Origin: the human T2T-CHM13v2.0 reference genome, Homo sapiens
Length of the DNA: 64,000 nt
Strand: one strand, 5' to 3'
NCBI RefSeq assembly: GCF_009914755.1
Contig: NC_060935.1
Part shown: positions 52,291 through 64,000 of the stretch, piece after piece
How the letters are laid out: every line of letters begins with the position of its first letter
How positions within the stretch are numbered: position 1 is the stretch's first letter
Notes under the pieces: generated by a model
Told to the model about the DNA's origin: nothing
The model's input: only the letters and a program-made list of their open reading frames with translations
The model's database searches: none
Position numbers and translations under genes: made by a program

Positions 52291-55200
52291 CATAGTTGAG
52301 CTCCTGCTTGCAAGTGAGGACATACAGTATTTGGTTTTCCATTTCTGAGTTACTTCATTTAGAATAAAGGCCTCCAGCTTCATTCAAGTTGCTGCAAAAG
52401 ACATTATTTTATTCTTTTTATGGTTGAGTAGTATTCCATGGTGTGTATATACCATATTTTCTTTATCCATTCATTAGTCGATGGGCACTTAGATTGGTCC
52501 CATAACTTTGCAATTGCGAATTGTGCTGTAATAAGCATACATTTTCAGGTGTCTTTTTTACATGACTTTTTTCCTTTGGGGTAGATACCCAGTAGTGGGA
52601 TTCCTGGATTGAATAGTAGTTCTACTTTTAATTCTTTAAGAAATCTCCATACTCTTTTCCATAAAGATTGTCCTAATTTACATTCCTACCCACAGTGAAC
52701 GCTTCCCTTTTCACCACATCCATGCAAATATCTGTTGTTTTTTGACTTTTTAATAATAGCCATTCTGGTGAGGGCAAAATGGCATCTCATGGTGGTTTTA
52801 ATTTCCATTTCCCTGATGACTAGTGATGCTGAGCATTTTTTCATGTTTGTTGGCCATTTGTACATCTTCTTTTGAGAAATGTCCATTCATGTCATCTGCC
52901 CACGTTTTGATGGGGTTGTTTTTTTCTTGCTGATTTGTTTGAGTTCCTTGTAGATTCTGGATATTAGTCCTTTGTTGGGATGGATAGTTTGCAAATATTT
53001 TCTCCCTTTCTGTGGGTTGTTTACTCTGGTAATTTTTTTTTCTTTTTTGCTATACAGAGCTTTTTAGTTTAATAAGTCCCCATTTATTTATGTATTTTTG
53101 TTTGCTACATTTGCTTTTGGGGTGTTAGTCATAAATTCTTTGCATAGGCCAATGTCCAGAAGAGTTTTTCCTAGGTTATCCTCTAGAATTTTTATTATTT
53201 CAGATCTTCAATTTAAGTCTTTAATCCATCTTGAGTTGATTTTTTATAAGGTATGAGATAGGGACCCAGTTACATTCTTCTATATGTCGCTATTCAGTTT
53301 TTCCAGCACCATTTATTAAATAAGGTATCTTTTCCCCAATTTATAGTTTTGTATGTTTTGTCAAAGATCCATTGGTTGCAGATATTTAGCTTTATTTCTG
53401 TGTTCTCTATTCTGTTCCATTGTTCTATGTGTTTACTTTTATATAGTACCATGCTGTTTTGGTAACTATAGCATTATAGTAAAATTTGAAATCAGTTCAG
53501 ATGATGCATTCAGATTTGCTCTTTTTTTTTAGGATTGCTTTGGCTATTTGGGCTCTTTTTTATTTTTTTGGTTCCATATGAATTTTGGGATTTTTTTTTC
53601 TAATTCTGGGAAGAATAATGTTGATATTTTGATAGGCATTGGCTTGAATCTGTAGATTGCTTTGGGCAATGTGGTCATTCTTAAAATATTGAGTCTTCTA
53701 ATTCATGAGCATGGGATGTGTTTCCATTTGTTTGTGTCACGTATGATTTCTTTCAGCAATGTTTTGTAGTTCTCCTTAGAGAGATCTTTCATCTCCCTGG
53801 TTAAAAATATTCCTGGATTTTGTTTTGCAGCTATTGTAAAAAGGACTGAGTTCATGGTTTGATTTTCAGTTTGGTTATTGTTGGTATAGTAGTGCTACTG
53901 ATTTGTGTACATTAATTTTGTAACCTGAGACTTCACTGAATTTGCTTATGAAATCTAGAAGTCTTTTGGAGGAGCCTTTAGGGTTTTGTAGGTATACTAT
54001 TTTATCATCGGTGAACAGTGATAATTTGACTTCCTCTTTTCCAATTTGGTTGCCCTTTTTTCTTTCTCTTGTCCAATTACCCAAGCTATGACTTGCAGTA
54101 CTATGTTGAATAGAACTGGTGAAAGCGGGCATCCTTAACTTGTTCCAGTTCTCAGGAACTGGAACTTTTAATTTTTAACCTTTTAACTTTTAATTTTTGC
54201 TTTTAACTTTTAAGTTATGCCTTTAACTTTTCTCCATTCAGTATGATGTTGGCTGATGGTTTGTTATATATGGCCTTTATTCACCTCCTAGCATTTTGAG
54301 GTACGTTCCTTCAATGCCTAGTTCATTAGTGGGGGTTACCTAAAGGGATGCTGAATTTTATCAAATGCTTTTTCTGCATCTGTTGAACTTTTGTTTTTAA
54401 TTCTGTTTATGTGATGTATAGTAGTCAACATCTGCATCACAGAGGTTTTCATAACTTGTGTCAATAATATCATTCATTTCAAAGAATTTTTAAATTTCCA
54501 TCTTGATTTCATTATTAACCCCAAAATCATTTAAGAGAAGATTGTTTAATTTCCATGTGTTTGTATTGTTTTCAGGGTTCCTTTTGGAGTTAATTTCCAG
54601 TTTTATCCCACTGTGTTCTGAGAGGGTACTTGATATAATTTTGATTTTCTTAAATTTATTGAGAAATGTTTTGTGAACTATTATATGGTCTGTCTTGGAA
54701 AACCTTCCATGTGTTAGTAAGAATGTGTGTTCTGCAGTTATTGGGTAGAATGTTCTATAAATATCAGGTCCATTTGTTACAGAGTGTAGTTTAAGTCCAT
54801 TGTTGCTTTGTTGACTTTCTGTCTCAGTGATCTGTTTAGTGCTGTCAGTGGGGTATCGAAGTTCCCCACTATTATTATGTTGCTGTCTGTCTTACTTCTT
54901 AGGTCTAACAGTAATTGTTTTATAAATTTGGGAGCTCCAGAGTTAGAGGCATATATATTTAGGATTGTAATATCTTCTTGTTGGATTGATTCTTTCATCA
55001 TTGTATAATGACCCTCTTTCTTTTTTGTTTTTAATATAGTTGCTTTAAAGTCTGTTTAATCTGATATAAAAATAGCTACTTCTGCTCGCTTTTGGTTTCT
55101 ATTTGCATGGAGTATCTTTTCCCACTTCTTTACCTTGAATTTGTATGAATCCTTATGTGTTAGGTGAGTCTCTTGAAGACAGAAGATATTTGGTTTGTGA

Positions 55201-55589
55201 TTGATTTTTTTTTTTTTTTTTTTGGTCCATTCTGCCAATCTGTATCTTAAGTGGAGCATTTAGGCCGTTTACATTCAATGTTCATGTCGAGATGTGAGAT
55301 ACTTTCTCCGTCATCATGTTGATTGTTACCTACTTTATTTTCTCATTGTATTACTGTTTTATAGGCCTGTGAGTTTTACGCTTTCAAGAGATTCTATTCT
55401 GGTGCACATCAACCTTTTGTTTCAAGTTTTAGAACTCCTAGCATTCTTGCAGGGCTTGTCTAGTAGTAACAAATTGCCTCAGCATTTGCTTGTCTGAAAA
55501 TGACTTTATTTCTCCTTCATTTATGGAACTTAGTTTTGCAGGATACAAAATTCTTGCCTGACAATTATTCTCTTTAAAGAGACTAAAGA

Positions 55590-59505
<3,916 letters not shown>

Positions 59506-62500
59506 TAATGTGGTACCTTGGGGATGTTATAGAACCCTGTTTTTTTATACTTGCCAGAATTATTTTTCTGTTTCCTTCTCATTTGGATAGACTATTTCTT
59601 TTAATTATTGTTGACTTCTTTTTATTTGACTGTTTTATTTCTTTTTTCCCCTGAAGGATGTGACTTTAATGTTTATAGTTTATTGCAGCCTTATTCAGCT
59701 CTTGGTGCTTTCAGGGGTGAAGACTCTGTAAGAGTTTCTCATTATAGTCTTTGTATGATGACTTTCTCAGATGCTGGCTGTAGTAATGATGTGCTTGGTG
59801 TATGACTAAGTTCACTGTCTCTTATGAGGTTGGAATAGCAGAGGTCTCTTTAAGCTTATCTCATTCCCCAATGGTGTGCACATTTTTGTTTATTTTTCCC
59901 CAGTAGGAGAGGTATCCCTGCATAGAAACCAGCTGTGGCTGAAGCAGATGGGTAAATGCAACACCCAATCATCGGCAGAGGTCCCAATCTTGACAGAGGT
60001 GGCTGGGGGAGCTCTCAGTGAAATGCACTGAGATCTTACCAGGGGGAAGGATGGCCTCTCCCTTGCCAGGACAGCAGGAAAGCAATCCACCTCCCAGTCA
60101 CACTCCTGACCCAGTGCTACAGCTATTCAAATCAGACAGGCATCTCTTTTCATCTGCAGGAATGAAATTCCAAGTAGAGTTGAATATTTGATATTCCAAG
60201 TAGAGACGAATTGTGACTCTACCCCTCAGGCAAGCCTGAACCCAGAGGGCACTCCTCTTGTGGGGATCCAGTCACCCTGAAGTGTTCCAGAAAGGCTGCC
60301 TATAGGTGCACTCATGCTGAACTCCTACGGGAGAAGCCCTAGCTGTGTCTGCAGTGATTGGCAGGAGGGAAAAGAATTCCTCTTCTCCAGGACCCTTTGT
60401 GAGCACAAGGGCTGCCTGACAGTTGGGGCAGAGCTGCAGACTTTCCCCACTGAGCCCAGCACTGTATCTGTGCCTCTACTGAAAGACACTTCCCACCAGC
60501 AGAAAGTTCTGGGACTCAAGGCCTGCCATCCAGACTTGTTTATCTCCCAAGGTGTTCTCTTAATGTGGTACATTCACTCTCCGCCTAGGAGTAGGATTTT
60601 CTGAGAACCAGACTACTGTGAATGCTGCTGCTCCTCTGGGTCTAGCCACCTAGTGGGGCTGCCACACTCCAGGTTGGTGCTGGGAAATGTCTGCAAGGGA
60701 TCCAGTGATGTGATCTGTCCTCTAGTCTCCTAGCAGCAGATACCAGCACTAGCTCTGGTGGAGATGTCAGGGGAGTGACGTAGACCCTATAAAGTTCCTT
60801 GGTTATAAATAACCTTAGTGTGTTGGCTTTCTCAAATGCTGGCTGAAGAAGTAATGAACTGGTCACTTGGGCAGACTCAGGACCTCCTGGTTAGCCATGG
60901 TGCTGCAGGCAACGGTGATAGCTGAGGTAACACACACATTTTCTCCTTCTTGAGCACTGTGTTATTCTACCTGCAGATGCTGTAATGGACTGTGTCAGTT
61001 GGCCTCCAGCCAGGAGGTGGTACTTGCAAAAGAGCACCAGCTGTGTTAGTAGCAGTGGGATTTGTGCTTGCTTTGTTACCTAGGGGAGGTATTCTGTATT
61101 CTCAGACAATGAGTGGGGCCATAAAGCTCCCAAAACTTTCTGTCCATTGTGTTAAGTTACCAGAGTGGGTGGAGGGACAAAGCCAGGTAGGGGCTGGGTC
61201 AGACAGGGCCGCACTCTGGCTCTCCACATGCAGGGCAAGCAGCAGTTTTTGTGAAATTGGAGGGCAGTTCTCTTGCCACTAGGGTAATGTTCCAGAGAGA
61301 AGCACAGCTGTCTCTGCTGCACAGAAGAGTTTGTGCAGAAAGTGGGGAGTAGCAGGTGGCAATAAGCCCCACTCAGCTCCCATTCACTTGGCAAGGCAGG
61401 TCTCAGACTTGCAGTGCTCTCCACTAGCAGCAGCTAGCTAAGTCCTAAGCAGTCTATGTTCAGAACTCCCCAGAAGACAGCTACCATGACTTTCAGATCT
61501 CACCCCTTCCAGTCCACCCACAAAGCCAGAACACCCAGCTCCTGCACCTGTGGCAGCAGCACATTTCCCACCCACCCTTAAGTTCTGGCCAAGGGTGTTT
61601 GTCTGCACTTGAGATTATATCCCGAATTTCAGTTGGGAGCCTCTCTCAACCTGTGACTGCCACCTGTGTTAGCTGACAGACTTCTGTCAGGTCCCCTGTG
61701 AAGTAGGACCAAAAATGGCTTCCCTCCATCCATGCTGGAGACTGGGAATGCACAAAAGTCTTCCCGCTGCTGCTCCTACTTTTATATTCCCTACCACTCC
61801 CTAAATCAGCTCCAGTGCCGGGTAGGATTAAGGCCTTTCCCCATCGGCTGCATTGCCAGGTTCCCCAGTGGAAGGGTATATCCCAGAGGCAGTTTATCTG
61901 CCCTCGCACTCTGGGGACTTACAGTTTTCCACCTGGCTTACAGTGAAGACTACAGCCTGCCACTTCTTTCAAAGGGCCTGTGGTTTCTTTCAGTTTTCCT
62001 ATTAAGTTCCTGTGTTGCTTCTTGGAAAAAAGTTCACAGTGTGAATCCCTACCCACTATTTCGTCTTTCCAAAAGGGAGAGGCATACTAACAATGTCTCC
62101 AATCCACCATCTAAAAAAAAAAAAAAAACCAAAAAAACAGTTTTCTTGACCCTCTTGAATAGAATATTTGTTCTTGAAAAATGTAGAATATTATTATTAA
62201 AATTGCTTTCTCATTGTCTCCCATTGGCTTTCGATTTTATTGCATATTTGCTATTTGTACAGAGATGACTTATATTTAAGTTAGGCTTATGGAGGGAAAG
62301 ATTATATAGATTGTCTCTCTTGCCAACAGCTTAGTTGGAGCCTTTTATCATCCCATGTCTGTATTACTGACATAACATGGCCTCTCTGTCCATACCCAGC
62401 ATGCACAATTCTAAGGGCAATCCCCCTGAGGCTCACAATCATCTCTCGTTCCCCTTGCTCATGTGTCTCATTGCCTACAGAATAAAATTCTTCACTGGGG

Positions 62501-62816
62501 CTTTCCAATCCTCCCACAATCTGGTACCCCCTCCACGAGCATGTGGACTTCTTTTATTGTCCAAGTTCTGCTTGCCTCCTGCATGACTTATTCTTCTCTT
62601 TCTGACTGCTCAAACTTTACCTAGCCATTCTACAAGATTTACTCACATCCTAATGAAGACCTTCATCAATTATTCCACCCTATATTTATGTTTATCCCTA
62701 AACCAAGCCACAAATATCAATAGGAAAGAAAGTAAGCCTAGGAAATAGGCATCACTTCACTGGTAACATTGAAACAGCAAGTCTTTCATATACAAATGAA
62801 AACATACACATTTTTC

Positions 62817-63160
62817 TTTTCTTTTTTTTTATTATACTTTAAGTTCTGAGGTACATGTGCACAACGTGCAGTTTTGTTACAATGTATACACGTACCATAG
62901 TGGTTTGCTGCACCCATCAACCCATCACCTACATTAGGTATTTCTCCTAATGCTATCCTTCCCCTATCCCCCCACCATGGAATACTATGCAGCCATAAAA
63001 AAGGATGAGTTCATGTCCTTTGCAGGGACATGGATGAAGCTGGAAACCATCATTCTCAGCAAACTATCACAAGAACAGAAAATCAAACACCACATGTTCT
63101 CAATCATAAGTGGGAGTTGAACAAGAAGAACATGTGGACACAGGGAGAGGAACATCACAC
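62817..63160 (-). mobile_element. Short 5'-inverted L1PA7-like element
   Basis: Minus-strand 3'UTR 62817-62976 plus a plus-strand segment 62973-63160; TSD acatacacatttttc at 62802-62816 and 63161-63175. Confidence 0.95.
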
Positions 63161-63259
63161 ACATACACATTTTTCAAAAAGAATTTTGTTAGAATTTGTT
63201 AGAAGAGAAGGTAAAAGAGTGCACTATATCAAGAAAGTGCTTCACTCATGAAATAACAT

Positions 63260-63470
63260 GGTGTTAACAGAAAGAGCATACACTTTGGAGCCAGAAGAGC
63301 TGGTTTTGACCTTTTTCTGTGAACTTGACTTAGTTTCATAAATGACCTGAGCCTCACTTTTTCCATATTTAAAAGAGGCGATGCCTATTAGCCTTGGGAG
63401 ATGAAGAATAAGTGATAAACTGTAAGTACTTAGCACAGTGTCTGGCACACTGTGGATGCTCAAAACTTGT
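63260..63470 (+). mobile_element. MIR
   Basis: aagagcatacactttggagccaga...acttagcacagtgtctggcaca...gctcaaaa. Confidence 0.75.
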
Positions 63471-64000
63471 TAGATCCTTTCTGTCTCCCCTTTTTCTTCT
63501 AGTTAAAGCGCCATAAACATAAGAGAAAAGGCACGTTAAAGAACATTTGCGAAAAAGACAGGAGAGAAGAAAAGTGCCTTATAATATCTTATGTTTGAGC
63601 TCCCCTTACATGAAGAACAATCATGTTCTATTCCTGATTAAGCACATGAGAGTATCTCAAAGGTGGACAATTGCCATGAAAAAAACTTTAGTCTTACATT
63701 GGTTTGATTTCTAGCAAAAATTTACCTACCTGGTAGATAGTTTCACTTCAATAGAATTAAAGAAGGCAGTGAAGACTGGTCAATTATGAACCTAATTCCA
63801 ATCAAGAATATAGAAATGTTTGGTGAAGCTGGAATGACCAGAAAACTTGGAAGAAAGTGATCCTGTGTTATCTATTAGTTAGTTAAGAATAGCTACAGAT
63901 GAAAATACCAGCAATCATAGGCTACATTATATGTCACATATGTGCTAGATACTTGAAAAAGAAAAATTCCAAACTGAAAATTGGTACAATCTCATCATCA

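Noticed and set aside
59727-60870. Similar segments at ~59727-59810 and ~60788-60870
   Set aside because: Most likely the native internal repeat of the L1PB 5'UTR rather than a local duplication.
61732-62268. 178-aa ORF antisense to the L1PB 5'UTR (ORF0-like?)
   Set aside because: Runs through the A-run into flank; ORF0 is described for young L1PA, and I see no similarity.

Overview
Primate (most likely human) genomic DNA containing the 5' part of BBOX1 (gamma-butyrobetaine dioxygenase, last step of carnitine biosynthesis) on the + strand. Two probable non-coding exons lie at ~25.3-26.0 kb. Coding exons at 39925-40143 and 41701-41815 together encode the N-terminal Zn-binding domain (C38/C40/C43/H82). 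A long intron then runs past the window end. Most remaining sequence is interspersed repeat: a near full-length L1PA13-like element, a full-length but internally deleted L1PB, several truncated L1PA/L1MA, about 11 Alu/FLAM, MaLR/ERV LTRs, MIR/L2 and hAT/Mariner fossils. Repeat subfamily names come from recalled consensus features, not a RepeatMasker run. I found no convincing new protein-coding gene or multi-gene system. The most unusual signals are: (i) two LTRs flanked by 79-125 bp duplications of host DNA instead of 4-5 bp TSDs; (ii) several templated-insertion and fold-back scars inside L1s; (iii) a deletion-inversion rearrangement of a THE1 element; (iv) twin-primed L1s; (v) a candidate intronic polyadenylation isoform encoding only the BBOX1 Zn domain; and (vi) a strong antisense splice acceptor that may belong to BBOX1-AS1.
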